Program-made: the position numbers and the translations under genes | Origin: Gordius albopunctatus | Taxonomy: Eukaryota | Assembly: GCA_964276515.1 (NCBI GenBank) | Contig: OZ193909.1 | Span: forward strand, 1,364,001 to 1,428,000 | Reading direction: 5' to 3' | Length of the DNA stretch: 64,000 nucleotides | The notes under the pieces: model-generated | Told to the model about the DNA's origin: nothing | Seen by the model: the letters and a program-made list of their open reading frames with translations, nothing else | Databases searched by the model: none | Shown here: positions 12,201-24,853 of the stretch, piece by piece | How positions within the stretch are numbered: position 1 is the stretch's first letter | Layout: the number at the start of each line of letters is the position of its first letter

Positions 12201-15200
12201 TAGGTGAGCGGCCGGGTTTTATGGCTGAGATGTGGGTTCATGCGCCTAGCCAATTTATTAAAATCTTGGCTAAACTTTCAAAAAAGATCATCTTGCCCCT
12301 CTAATTCCAATGCGAGCCATACACGTGTGTGTGTGTTGTGCGAGGAAAGTAGCATTTAGGTGTTATGGCGGCCATTTTTTTATTTTTATGTGACCTTGGA
12401 ACAAATTTAATTAGTTTAACGGGTTAGCGTCATAGCGTAGCATTAGAATCCACAGATTAAACCTACTAAATACATGCACGAGGTTTCTGTCTTAAAAAAA
12501 CAACGATTAAGGCCCGGTAAATCCATTCAAATTTTCAGTTGTGGTTTTTATAATGTTATATTATTAAATTAACAATGAAATTAAAATTTTTGTCGTATTT
12601 ATCTAAACTCGTTTGAAAGGTAAGAAAACTCATTTGAAGCGTTATCTTCTTGTCAATTTCCTTCATAAAATCTCACTGAGATTATTTCCATATCAATAAA
12701 AATATATAAAATGGTGGAATAAATGATTTTAACCTTAAAAAAGTTTTCAAAATTTTTTAATTGTCATATATGGTTTTATGTAGCCCCTGTATAGGGGCAT
12801 TTAAAAAGGGCTTCAATTGCAGGTCGCCTCTATTAGGTAGGAAAGAATAACTCCTTTTAGAGCGGAAATTATTCAGTAAATTCAGTAGCAATTCAAAAAA
12901 AAACCAAAAAAACTCAATAAAAGCCCCGGCCAGGCATCGAATGAATTTTGCGAGCCGCACCCGGGCCCATCATTTAATGCTTCACAATTTTTGGATCTGG
13001 AGGCGGTTCGATTGATCTAAGAAGACCCGTTGTGGGTCTGCACAAAATCTAAAAGAGACCAAGAAATTTTTGGTTCAAATTCTTACCGTCTGATGAAGTT
13101 TGCGAACTTATAACGATTGCGGGAATGGGACTGGGTGATATGGGGTAAATCAAGCTACAGGATACGCGTTTAACCTCGGCCGAGCTCCCATTTAAATTGG
13201 AATTTCGAAATTTTTCTTCATCTTTGTTCCTTGTGCCCGTTCTCGACCTCAAAGAACCGAAATTCCAGGTTTTAAACCCTTTCGACTCCTCCCTCAGATT
13301 TTTTCTAGGCACGGAGGATTGGTCTAAATCCATGTCGAATCGCTTAGTTCCGCTCATACACAGCCCGCATAATAGTGTAGTAGCCATTGGCGGAGGGGAT
13401 CTTAGTTGACGAGGGCGATTGAGAGAATTACACGGTTAGTTCAGATAAATCGTTCGATAATAACAATTTTTTGCGGAGTTCGAAAGGCTACGGAAAACGG
13501 TCATGATTTCGAAATTTGGAATCGTTAATTAATCGCGAATCCCCGAAACAAATGTGAAGTCGAGAGGGAGGCAGAAAAATATTTATGGGAAAATGGATAA
13601 GGGAGAAGTGATAATAAAAAGACACATGCCCGGCCCCCTAACGAGTAAAGGGGAAAAAATTAGGAATTTTGCTTACTTCAAGCATTACACAACAACCAAG
13701 CGTGCAGCCGCTCGAGATTATAGAAGATGCGCATACATGACGTGACGATGCTAATTTAAAAACATCGTATATTTTCTCTGGAATCATAACTTTGGGAGCG
13801 CACTTCTATTAACCCAAATTCTATGCGCGGACGGCCATTATTTAAGAAAAGGGGGAAGGGTTATCAAATTTCACAGGCACAATTCGCAACTTAGTGGGTC
13901 AGTGGGGATGAGAGTATTTATGGATTCGGAATTTTTCGTAAAGGAAGTCTGCCAAGAGCAAAATTAGAGTTGACGAGAGACATAAAAGCAATTAGTATTG
14001 CTTGTGGAAAATTAGTGAGTCTGTTTGCCAAAGAAAGAAAGAAGTGACATTAAAAAGCGTTCCAAAAATGTAAACTTAGCGATTAATAATTTTAATTCTG
14101 AAGAGGGGCTGGCCGACAGATAGTGTTTTTAGAAAAGCAATCGATATCGATCGATAACATTGACTTTTTCAATCAATTACAAAATTGAGATTTTCAAAGG
14201 GCGATGCCTAGCTAATTATAAGCGGCTAAAAATGCTATTTCGTCCCGAAAAATGACCAATACTTATTTTAAAACTTTCTAACAATTTTACAAAGTCCTTC
14301 ATCATTCCATAGCGTTAGAGTGGCGATCTAGCGTCAAATAATTTCAACTCTTGGAAGTGGGGATGGCTGAGGGAAAAGCATTTCCATGGAATGTAAACAG
14401 TCGAGCGGAAATTTCCATTTCAAATCCACTTAACTTCAGGACCCCAAGCCGAGCCCATCTGTTCTAGCTTGAGCGCGACGCGTTGAGTAACGCTTCATCA
14501 TTGAAGCGCTATGCATACAAATCATGACTGGTCCATTGCTAGCCATTAGGTGTGGTTACACTTCAGCAATTCTGGACAACGGGAAAAATAGCCCTGCTTC
14601 CCCTACTCACGAGTGAACACACTCATATGCTATTGAATACCATTTGAAAGGATATTGAAGTTAAAATGGATTTAAAAATTGCATCGGCTATCATCAATAG
14701 AGGATTGATGGGGATATTCGAGAGAGCGGGGGTAATCCCTCCTAACTACCCTAGTTGCCTCACTATCAATAGCCATTCTGATCGAGATGCCTCAGATTTT
14801 GAGGTTGAATGAGAGAATGCCTTGGTTGTAATGTATTTGAAGCTCGTCGCACAAAAATTTCCAATAGCTGTTTGTCACACACAAAATAAACTTTTTAAAC
14901 TTATATGCGCATCAGGTGAAATCGGGGGCTAGAATAGTCATAAAAAATTAGATCGTATTTAACAAAAATTAAATTTATTTTTTTTTCAAATTTTCTGTAG
15001 AAATCTATTTTTAATACGTATTTTTATTATAGGAAATATATTCGGGGGGGGGAGAGAATTCAATAGTTATTTCCACAAATTAAATTTAAAAAAATCTAAA
15101 ACTCGAGGCAAATTAAAGCCCCTTTGGGGAAATAGAAATTAACTTTTATACTTGCTCTCAAAGCAATAAAAAAAATCGAAAAAGAATGCAAATGTAATAT

Positions 15201-18200
15201 GCTTATATTTCACGTATATTAAAAATAAAGACAATCTGACTTAATAAAAACATTTTGAATAGTTGATAAATGTATCATCATAGTCTACTAGATTTATCTG
15301 CCCAAATCACGATAGGTTTCAGGAGAAAACTGAATTTTTAGGTAAAATAAAGGAAAGGCTAGGACTAGCCACTCTTAGGCTAGCCCCGACCCTTATTTTT
15401 TCCACAAATATTATAACACGTAAGCATTAAACGGTTTTTATATAAAAAATATCCCTTATTAATATGTAGCTTAAATTGATTTAAAAATATGCCCCCCAAA
15501 ATATTTTATGTGCAAAATACAAAATTATGTTAAGGCTACATATAGAACTAAAAAACCGTTCTGTGAAATTTTCAATTTTTCCAAATAAATTTTTTTAACT
15601 TATACTATATGACAAAATACGCTTATGGTTTAAATTTTATTTTTTTTGGCTGTTATTTGTAAAAAAAATCACAAAAACACAAGTACCCTGGGGCTATAAC
15701 TAGCCCCATGGAAAAATATTTCATCCTATTAGAAACCCCCTAATTATTATTTGGGCATATTTCAATTATAATAAAACATTTTTCGAAACTAATCGGTATT
15801 TATATTTCGATAAAAAGTGTTTCGGCCCACAAGTTAAAAACAGTAAGATGAAAATAACAAAATTAAAAATGAAAACAACTAAAAAAAGTGAAATTACGAC
15901 AAAACGCCACATGCTAAAAAAACTAACGGGCTGATAAAACGTAGTGTTTCGTGCAATACAACAGTGGTTGATTCTAACAGGGACTAAAAAACCAAATTAA
16001 TTTAGGATAATTTCATTTAATTTCGCATAAAATATCGATTCAATAACGCACGTTCAGACGTACTTGGCAAAAAATGTGGTTTTACCTGGCAAATCCTTGA
16101 GAGTGCCGTCGAAACGTGAGGATAAATAGGAGGGTATGTATTCTGCTTTAAGCGATTTTTCCATTTCTAGCCATGCAAAAACATTCAACGACGTTACCAC
16201 AAATAACATGCTACATACACCCATCATCATGAACTACATAAAACACTGCTGAACGTTATATGAGCGTACACCGCCATATTGAAATGTGCACCATTTAGGA
16301 AATTTCATACACATATATATATATATATGTGTGTGTGTTTTGGATTTTGATAAGAATTATGGAAAAAATGGTCATATAAAAAGATATATTATTAAATGTA
16401 TATTATTTCACAATGATAATAAATCTGTGTTAACAACACTATTTTGATTGGGTCATTAACTTTCTTTATGATTTTTAATTGTTAATATGGTGCTATTCCT
16501 CTAAAACAATTCAATCATACTTGTATAGAGTTTGAGAATGGACATGCAAGCGCATATTTCAAAATGGCGGATAAATAGGGTATTCTATGGCTAAGTCACA
16601 CTGACGAAACACCACGCAAACACAACGATAAATCATATATATGCTTATTCTTTGCGTGCACTAAATTGGATTCTTGCCGATCATTACTATCTTATTCATA
16701 GATTCTAAATTGAATTTATAATCAAATCAAAAATCGTGAGGTATTCTTTTCGAAAATAGATCTGAATACATAGCTCAATGCCCAAATAAGTAATCGAAAC
16801 CCCAGACACTGCTGCGTCAATCAGGCTTCAATCTTAGCCACTTTTTGACCGATCGAGACCCTTCTAAAACCTAAAATTTTACATTTTGGCATCGAACCGT
16901 GCTTCAAGAAGCAAACCGATAGGCGCTCCGTCATCCTAAAAACGCGATTATACCTATCTAAGGTTCACACTTTTACACATCTCTATGAAATTTCATAATG
17001 GCAAATGGGGCAAAATTAGCACTCAACAGCACAATTTTTGTAGCAAAAATGTAGTTATGCACATATTCCTTGAATATAGTAGCAGAAAAAATTAGTTATA
17101 AAATAAAAATTATGTATGTATGTATAAGTACCGGCTTCGTCGTCTTCAGAGTCGGACATAAAGGTTTCCTGCATCGTTTCTGGAGCTAAAACTTTGTATT
17201 TCTCTTCTACGGTGGTTGTGGTAGTAGTAGTGACTATTGTTTCCGTCACCACTTTTAGCGTTTCGATCACAGAAACGTATCCCAGCTGCTGGGCAATGGA
17301 GAGGGCCGTTTGTCCTTGCTAAAATTAATCGAACAAAAATTATTTTCTCAAAAATTCTATTAGATTCCCGTCCAAGATAGCCACCGTTATGTAATCACTG
17401 AATTACATTCAAAAAATTTACAGGTTTTTTTATTACATATATATATGAAATTATTTGGAATAATGAGCTTCTAAAACTGGAAAAACCATACCTAAACTCA
17501 TTTAAATCTCATGGAATGCAATAAAGATAAATTAGGCGATAGAACCATCGTTGTTGAATATTACGATTGAAGCTCAATATCAAAACAACACTAAAAGGCT
17601 GGAAACATTTTTAAAATACCGTCTACCTACTGGAAAAATATAATTCAAAGCGCTAAAACACGGCTGAAAATAGTGTTATAAAAACGCCTGGGTTTTGTTT
17701 ATTCGGTCATACCTTTGGTCCGTTTATGTTCAGTAAACTCACCCCTTTTTACGACGCCACCTGAAAACAACCCAAAACTCCAAGGCAAAAAAGGGAAATA
17801 TCGTCAAGCAAATTAAGGTGAAATGTATACGTTGGTAAGGGATTCGGGCGAAGCCTTATTTTGCAGGAGCAGCGATACGACGGCCGAGTGGCCTTGTTGG
17901 GCGGCCTGATGCAGAGCCGTATAGCCCGAACTAGTTTTGGCCCCGACCTTAGCTCCGTGGTCCAAGAGCAATCGCACCATATTGAGCCGACCGAAATGGC
18001 AAGCCGTGTGCAAGGGGGTGTAGCCCCCGGTGGTTGTAGCGTTAACGTCGGTACCGTGAGTTATTAGGATCGAGGCGGCGGGCACGTGATCATTCTGCGC
18101 CGCTAGGTGGAGAGGGGTCAGCCCGTTCTAAGGGGAAGATTTGGGTTATTTAAGGGATAGGTGAGGAGAGGACAAAACAAGACACTAAAACAGAGCGATT

Positions 18201-21200
18201 ATATTCAAAACAACGGTCAGCTTTAGTTTTAAGGAATTATTCAACCAATTTCGCAATTATCCGTCGTTAATCAACAAACACAAGTTGCCAAAAAAATCAT
18301 AAATAAAGGTAAAATAAATCGGGTAATAAAACAATAATGGAAATTGAAGAGCAGCGGTCATTAACTAGTTTATATGCAAAGCGAAATAAAAGTCTTCTAC
18401 GGTAGCAAAGGTCCACAGCCATTGAAAACCCTTATAAGTTTCCATATTAATTATTAAAAACTTAAAATTGAGACAGTAGGGGATGGGACGGACACTAAAA
18501 CATAAATACGTTGGATGATGCGTTGGGGTTTCCCTTGAAATCTAGCAGGAGCGAAGTCATGTCTTCGAACCCGCCTTGGGCAGCCAAATGGACGGGAGTG
18601 AACCCGGAACGAGAAAGGGAATTGGGATCGGCTCCGTGATCCAACAGAAGCGGAGCGACGTCCATTTGGTTTTTCTTGGCGGCTATGTGCAGGGGTGTGT
18701 AGCCGTTATTGGCTTTTGCAGCGGGTGAAGCGCCCTTCTCCAACAGCAAATTAACAACGGCCGGATGATCGTAATGCGACGCAACGTGGAGCGGTGTGAC
18801 GTCGTTCTGGAAGCCATAATTTAGCAAGTATTAATAACGCGACCGAGAAATTTGAAGCTTTATAAAACTATTCCATACTCATTTATATTTGTTAAAATTT
18901 TACTAAAATTTTGATACAATTATTGAGATTACAAATAATCAAACGAGATAATCTTTTTGTTTCAGTAATAGTCAAATATAAGCTGAAAAATATAATTTCG
19001 TCATATAAAAAAAGGTTATTTCTCATGTTTTAATCAATTGCACCAATTGAGATATATGTACTTATAGGCAAATTTTAAATTTGTACCATATAAATATAAG
19101 ATGAATTTAAATCAAGCCACCCATTCTTAAATCACTAGGAAGATCACAGATATTTAGTGCCGATCCGCGTTCTGCCTCCAATAGAAGATTCGTAAAATTT
19201 ATCTGTATATAAAACAATTAGTTCTCTTCCTCTTTCCCTCATATTAAACTTGGCATTTCACAAATAACCATCCCCAAACCACCTACAAAATGCTTTAAAA
19301 AACGCTCGTAAAATTCGCTAACCTTGCCAAGCACATCAACGGGCGTGCCGCGCTCGAGTAGGAGCTTAGTAACTTCGACGCTGCCACACTTTGCGGAGAG
19401 GTGGATGGGGGAAAAGCCTTTGGTAGATAGGGAAGTAAGTAAGATAGGAAGCTGCGCTGCAGGAGCGTGATCCAAAAGTGCAGCGAGCGCTTCAGAATGA
19501 CCTTCTTTCGCTGCTAAATGCAGCGGGGTGTAATCGTCGGTTGTTTTAGCGCCTACGTCAGCTCCGTGCTGGAGCAAGAGCATAACCGTGTCCGTGTTAC
19601 CCAGCCTAGCTGCCACGTGAAGCGGCGTTTGATTTTCCTGTAGTAGTGGATGCAAAAATGTGAAGTTAAAATGAAGTGAGTAAAGTTTTTCTTCCGGCCT
19701 ACCGATTTACTAAAAGCTCGCGAGGAGCTACATAAGATTTAGAGGATAGTGTTTCGCAAGGTTGACCCAACCTCTAAGCTTAAAACAAGCTGTGGAAGAG
19801 CGAAGAAAGTTAAAAAGGCTGGAAAATGTTGGTTCGACCTTTGGTTTTAGTTTTTGGTCACTTTTTCTTGGTCAAACTCTGGGCTTAGTCAAAATTTGGA
19901 AAGCAGACTCTTTATTGAAGAACCCCAAAGGTGAACCAAACAAAACGCAAGTTTTTCCAACACCGATACACATATATATACTAAAAATCAAGGAAAGTTG
20001 AATTAATACAATTTTGGCTTAAATTCTCAACATGACTAACATCTGTACCGCAAAACGGCATATTATAAATATTAAAGAATTTAATTGATCGAAAAAGCAT
20101 GGTTTGGGGAATAGCAAACATTTACAACCTTTTAGCTAAATTTTTAAATGAAACCAAAGAATTCCGGTGCTCTAAACCGAGATTTTCCACTGTGAATAGC
20201 ACAAAATTTACCCTAGCTCTAGCATCAACTTTGGCACCGTTTCGCAAAATGATCCTCATGATGTCGGTTTGATTGGCCCGAGCAGCTAGGTGAAGCGGAG
20301 TTTCGCCGCGCACGGTAGGAGCGTCAGTTTCTGCTCCGTGCTTAAGCAAGTAAATCACAATGTTCATGTGGCCCATGAAGGAAGCCACGTGCAGCGGGGT
20401 CAGACCACTCTCGGTGGTGCAACCTATACTAGCACCGCGCTTAAGGAGTAATTCTATGACTTTGATCCGATTCTTCTTGCACGCGATGTGCAGGGGCGTG
20501 AAACCGTTCTGAAAACATAAATTTTATTGAGATCTTTATCATATTTATAAGGGGGAGGCATTATATATACCATCAATTATCTATTTTACGCTCTAATAGG
20601 CGTGGCCAAGGTGCGGGGAGGGGCGGCTGCCCCCCTCTAAATCCAAAAATTTGTTAAAATTTATTAAAGTTATGGCTAAAGTTCAAAAACCCAATGCTGG
20701 CTACCTCCGTGAATAATTATATATTTTAATATCGTGAACTTTAATGCGTCTTAATTCCTTTGTTTAGTAATAAAGTCCCATCTCATCTTAACACATTCTA
20801 TCATTACAATCATCGGAGTCATAAAATACTCGTAAAAAAATAATTTGACCGACGAAAAAACGGGTATATTGAAGTTAATTTCTGAAAATCTGAAGCTCGC
20901 CAAAATTTTTGAATCCGGCCTCAATTACCAGAGCTCTGGCGTCCACTTCGGCCTTGCTATCGAGCAGAAGTTTTGCCGTGCCAACGTTCCCGTAATGCGC
21001 GCATATGTGAAGCGAAGTCAAGTAATCCTAAAAACGAAGGAATTAATGAATCAACGTACGAGTAAGCCCTAGTGCTGTAAAAAAGGCTGGTTCGATTCTG
21101 GTCTGTTTTTTCAAATTTTGACCAAGCCTCGTAGTCGACTAAGAGAAATAGACCAAAGTTATGTTTTGTCGACTAAAACCAAAGGGTGACCAAACAAGCC

Positions 21201-24200
21201 CCAGCCGTTTTACAACACTAGTGAGCCGCAATGTATATGTGTGAATGAATGAATGAAATCTTACCACGGTGACGTCGTCAACTGGGGCCTGATTTTGCAG
21301 TAGGATTTTGGCACAGTCCAGATGATCTCCCTGGGCAGCCATGTGCAGAGGGGTCAGTTCGTTTTTCGTTTTGGCCGATATGTCGGCGCCACGAGATAAC
21401 AGAAGCTCGACAACGTCCGCGTGCCCGCTCCTGGCCGCGCAATGGAGCGGAGTTAGACCATCCTGGGGTCAAAATGGAAAAAAATACACATAAATTTATT
21501 TATTTTTTAAATTTGCGTTTTACAAATAGCAGAGTCCATCCTTACGTTATTCTTAAATTTTTATGAAACCTAGTGTCGTATATGTGAATACGTATATTTG
21601 TATATCATTGTCGACAGATTATATTATTGCTATAATTATATAGTTTAATATTGTAAGCCAAAATCCGAGTTGGCAGAAAAACATATGTTTTAATCTTTTT
21701 ATTTTCTTTTGTCTTCAAAACTTTGTTTTATATATACTGTATTTCCCATCCCCTGGCCCTTAATAAATCTTTATCGTGATCTTTATTTTTAACACCTAGC
21801 TAGACCCGGCTAAGTCAAAACCCAAAACCCCATTTCCTGAAATAAAGGAATACCCTGGTTTTAGCGTCAATGACAGCTCCGTTGTTGAGTAGGATCGTCA
21901 CCATGGTGACTTTGCCCCAACGAGATGACACGTGCAGCGGAGTTATATCGTGCTAATGTTAAGATTTATTTCATTTATTCAATTAAAAAGAAATTTTAAT
22001 AACATCTAAAACTATTCTATTTTAGTGCAAAACAATTGAAAATGGATAAATTTATTATCATTTCTAACTCTAATTTATATTTATCATCATCATCATCATC
22101 ATAAATTTTACAAAGAAGCATCGTAAAGCTTCAGAAAAATTAACAGCCGAAAAGAAAAGTGATTCTTAATCAGGAGATTGACAGCCTACGACGCTAAAAG
22201 GTAACTCGAAATGAGCGCCATCTTGAAAAAAGGGGGCAAAATTCAAAGGCATACCCTCGCTTTGAAATTGACGTCGCTGCCGTGATTAACGAGGATTTGG
22301 GCTATGGCTTCGTTCCCATAATGTGCAGCTATGTGCAGTGGCGTAAATCCGCTCTAAAAATGAAATTAATAAGAAAAATTAAAAGATTTTTAAAGAAAAA
22401 CGTGTCTAAAATTAAGATGGGAAATTAAAAATTATTATTCGTGAAACAGTTTACTTTTGAGGTGACGTCGGGATTGGTTTCGGTTTGGAGCAGCAAATCT
22501 GCAGCTTTGCAGTCATCCTTTTTAGCTGCCACGTGCAGGGCTGGCAAGCGCACTTTGCCACTCCTAGAATCATTCTCGAGCAGGACGGAAACCACCTTGT
22601 TGTGGCCCTGTTGCAAGGCAACCGCCAACGGGGTAAAGCCGTCCTGAAGGAAAATTTGCGTTAAAAAATTCAAGGCGTTAGATAAGTAAACTTAAATTAG
22701 TTCGGGGTGAGCGTGGCGGCGAGAGGAAGTGATTATAAGTTTTTAACGAGTGTAATAATTGAATTTAATCCGTCGGCAACGAAAGTGAAGAAAATTTAAG
22801 GAACCTTGCGATGGTAAATAGACGTTTTCGTACTTTTAAACGTACTACTTGAAATTAAAAATGTTATCGGAATGTTAGATTTATTAGATTAGGGGAAAAT
22901 GTTGGACAAGAGAGGACAGACAGACATGGAATCGCTAGTTAGGCATTATTATTACCTCGGTGGTTATGGTCTGATTAGCCCCGTGGTCGACCAAATATTT
23001 CACGACCCCATCGTGATTCTCCTGAGCCGCCATGTAGAGAGGCGTGAATCCATTCTGGGATTGGGCGTTAGCGTCGGCTCCGTTGTTGACGAGAAGTTCA
23101 ACTATTTTGCTCTGACCAGCCAGCGAGGCTATGTGCAGCGCCGTGTTCCCTTTCTATAACAACCACCACCATAAATTAGGCGTACATTTATAATGCGGCT
23201 CAACTTTATCACGCGCAAGATTGGGCCTCAGAATAAATGTAAGCCATGAAAAAAGTGAGTATACCTTGGTGGCAGCATTAACGTTGGCACCCCGTTTAAC
23301 GAGCTCGTCAACGACTTGCGCGTGACCTTCCTTAGAAGCCAAATGCAAGGCGTTCAATCCATTCTAAAAGACCGTGCAAAAAGTTGATTAAAATCATAAA
23401 AAATATTACGTCGCTATTTTTTTATATTTAAAATAACTCACTTTAATTTTAATTTCGTAGCTACATAAAATCAACATATAATTTTTGTAATATTATTATT
23501 AATTATATCAATGTTGCATAATTAATTTTAAACTTAGTTTCTCAATTTAAATTCATTTTTTGTTGTTTATTTTTCAAATTTGCCTACAATTTAACGTGTG
23601 TGATCATGAAGGATATTTATAAATTAAAATCAAGAGACTAAACAAATAATAGGCTTATTTTGAGTTTAGATTTCGAGTGGTCCTTTATCAAGCTCATTCG
23701 GTAGAGGAAAGGGAGAGCGAAAAACCAATTTAAAATTTGACACCAATTGGTGCATGGAGGCGGGCGGAGGGCGGCGACCTAATTGGGTATGCCTGTCGCG
23801 TTTTCCTAGCTAATCAATTTTCCCATACCTAGGTTTTAGTCAATTTATCGATTTGTCCTCTAACTGTTATGACACCAAAAATTTAGCTTGACCCGCCCTC
23901 TCGAACCTAAATTAAATTTCTTATTTCAACGAAAGACCGAAGTTATAAGGGGGGAGTAGGTTAAAAAAATTAGCGAATTTAAAAACATTTAACAAATTTC
24001 GACAAAAATGAGCAAAGTTAAATTAAAATGTCATTTTAAAAATTATAAAATTGTAAATCCTTTAAGATAGCTCGACAAAGCCCTTACGAAACGTAATTTA
24101 TGTAGAAAGTTATGATAGAAATGCGCAGTTCCCAGGCAAATTTTCACGACAATGGACAAAACGGACAGGATATTAGTGACATTTCTGACCAGAAAAACTC

Positions 24201-24853
24201 TATGATCATTGTTGTCAAATGTCAACAATGGACACTTAAACTCTAGCAGAAAAAAACTCTGTTTCCGTTCAATGCACGTACCAACTAATATAATAAACTA
24301 ATGTTTAAAACCAACTTATAAATTTTCAAAAAAAAAGTTTTTATAAATTAAATACAAAAAACGAAAAATTGCATAAACATTTATATTATATGGTAAAACA
24401 TGTAAAAAAATTATTTGGAAAAAGAAAATTAAAAAGTTATAAATTGAAACAAAAACTCCTCGAGCTTACGGCGTTACTGATGTTGATGTCTATAGCACCT
24501 CCGTGGCCCGCGATTCCTTTGATAAATTCCAAGACCCTCTCCAAATTTCCAGCGCGAGCGGCGCGCAAAAAGCTTGAAGCGCTAGTTTCAGGCTTCAAAA
24601 AAAGCAATAAAAAATTGTAATAAAATCAAAAAGTAAAATACATTAATAAATTTTCCCATTTTTTTATTTTTTCAAAGGGGAGATTTTAAATGCTTTCGGA
24701 ATAATGAGAGAAATCGGTGATGACTATTTTTCTACACCCTTTTAATTTCATTTTTTAAGTCCTTACGTGAGCAAATCTTTTTCCAAAAAAAGGCTTTAAA
24801 GCCAAATATGATGAAAAAATAAAAGCGATTCCTACCTTTTCGCAAACGACCAT
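1..24853 (-). CDS. ANK: Canonical ankyrin gene (ANK repeats + linker + ZU5), 5' portion; continues beyond the left edge
   Basis: Phase-compatible GT-AG exons, in transcript order: 24836-24853 (candidate first exon MVVCEK), 24470-24592, 23265-23363, 22956-23153, 22455-22643, 22255-22353, 21854-21952, 21265-21462, 20929-21027, 20212-20508, 19323-19637, 18510-18806, 17831-18127, 17132-17318, 10694-10788, 10347-10416, 9979-10117, 1375-1599, 767-927, 1-201. The translation contains ankyrin hallmarks [39 protein letters not shown] and [21 protein letters not shown]. Confidence 0.97.
767..927 (-). CDS. ANK: Ankyrin ZU5 exon
   Basis: [33 protein letters not shown]...SFDGE; phase 2-1. Confidence 0.96.
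1375..1599 (-). CDS. ANK: Ankyrin ZU5 (spectrin-binding) exon
   Basis: [40 protein letters not shown]...[12 protein letters not shown]; gacag acceptor, gtaa donor, phase 2-2. Confidence 0.97.
3454..4669 (-). CDS. Candidate large alternative ankyrin exon (~404 codons, Pro/Ser-rich)
   Basis: 402-aa GC-rich ORF on the ankyrin strand, inside an intron. It ends in a phase-2 donor (tcc aa|gtaaac) matching the ZU5 acceptor. A phase-1 acceptor (ctag|at) at 4669 lies downstream of a pyrimidine-rich tract, and there is an in-frame ATG at 4658. Confidence 0.65.
7342..7910 (+). mobile_element. Decayed hAT transposon remnant
   Basis: TAGAGCTGGGC terminus-like sequence at 7342 and the fragment [18 protein letters not shown], resembling the hAT C-terminal dimerisation motif. 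Confidence 0.55.
9979..10788 (-). CDS. ANK: Ankyrin linker exons 10694-10788, 10347-10416, 9979-10117
   Basis: Phases 1-0, 0-1 and 1-2 chain correctly between the 17132 donor (phase 1) and the 1599 acceptor (phase 2). They encode [27 protein letters not shown] (similar to the arthropod Ank2 linker, from memory) and ...[13 protein letters not shown]. Confidence 0.85.
13087..13387 (-). CDS. Candidate alternative first coding exon of a short ankyrin isoform lacking ANK repeats
   Basis: ATG in good context (gccaATGg), 100 open codons [17 protein letters not shown]...SSQTSSD, then a strong phase-1 donor g|gtaaga compatible with the 10788 acceptor. Confidence 0.65.
15350..15710. repeat. Partial copy of the TIR element at 36836-38536
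   Basis: Shares long stretches with 37380-37600, e.g. ctagccccgaccc, ggtttttatataaaaaatatccctt and ttttatgtgcaaaatacaaaatt. Confidence 0.75.
16086..16166 (-). CDS. Candidate 81-nt cassette exon of the ankyrin linker
   Basis: ctag acceptor, cag|gtaaa donor, symmetric phase 1-1, open frame [27 protein letters not shown]. Confidence 0.6.
17132..24592 (-). CDS. ANK: Ankyrin membrane-binding domain exons (24 ANK repeats on 13 exons)
   Basis: Exon lengths are mostly 99/198/297 nt with phase-0 junctions, each 33 codons carrying a TPLH-type motif. The last exon encodes [25 protein letters not shown]...[17 protein letters not shown]. Confidence 0.96.
21070..21220. mobile_element. hAT-type MITE (dispersed family; related copies near 320-510, 19780-19965, 27770-27830, 29390-29540, 48595-48730, 51500-51600)
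   Basis: TIRs TAGTGCTGTAAAAAAGGCTGG / CCAGCCGTTTTACAACACTA with imperfect 8-bp flanks gtaagccc/gtgagccg. The internal motifs recur elsewhere in the window. Confidence 0.7.
21620..21790. repeat. Dispersed repeat; inverted copy at ~35130-35290
   Basis: aaacatatgttt...ctttgttttatatatactgtatttcccatcccctggcccttaataaatctttatc matches the reverse complement of 35135-35250. Confidence 0.8.
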
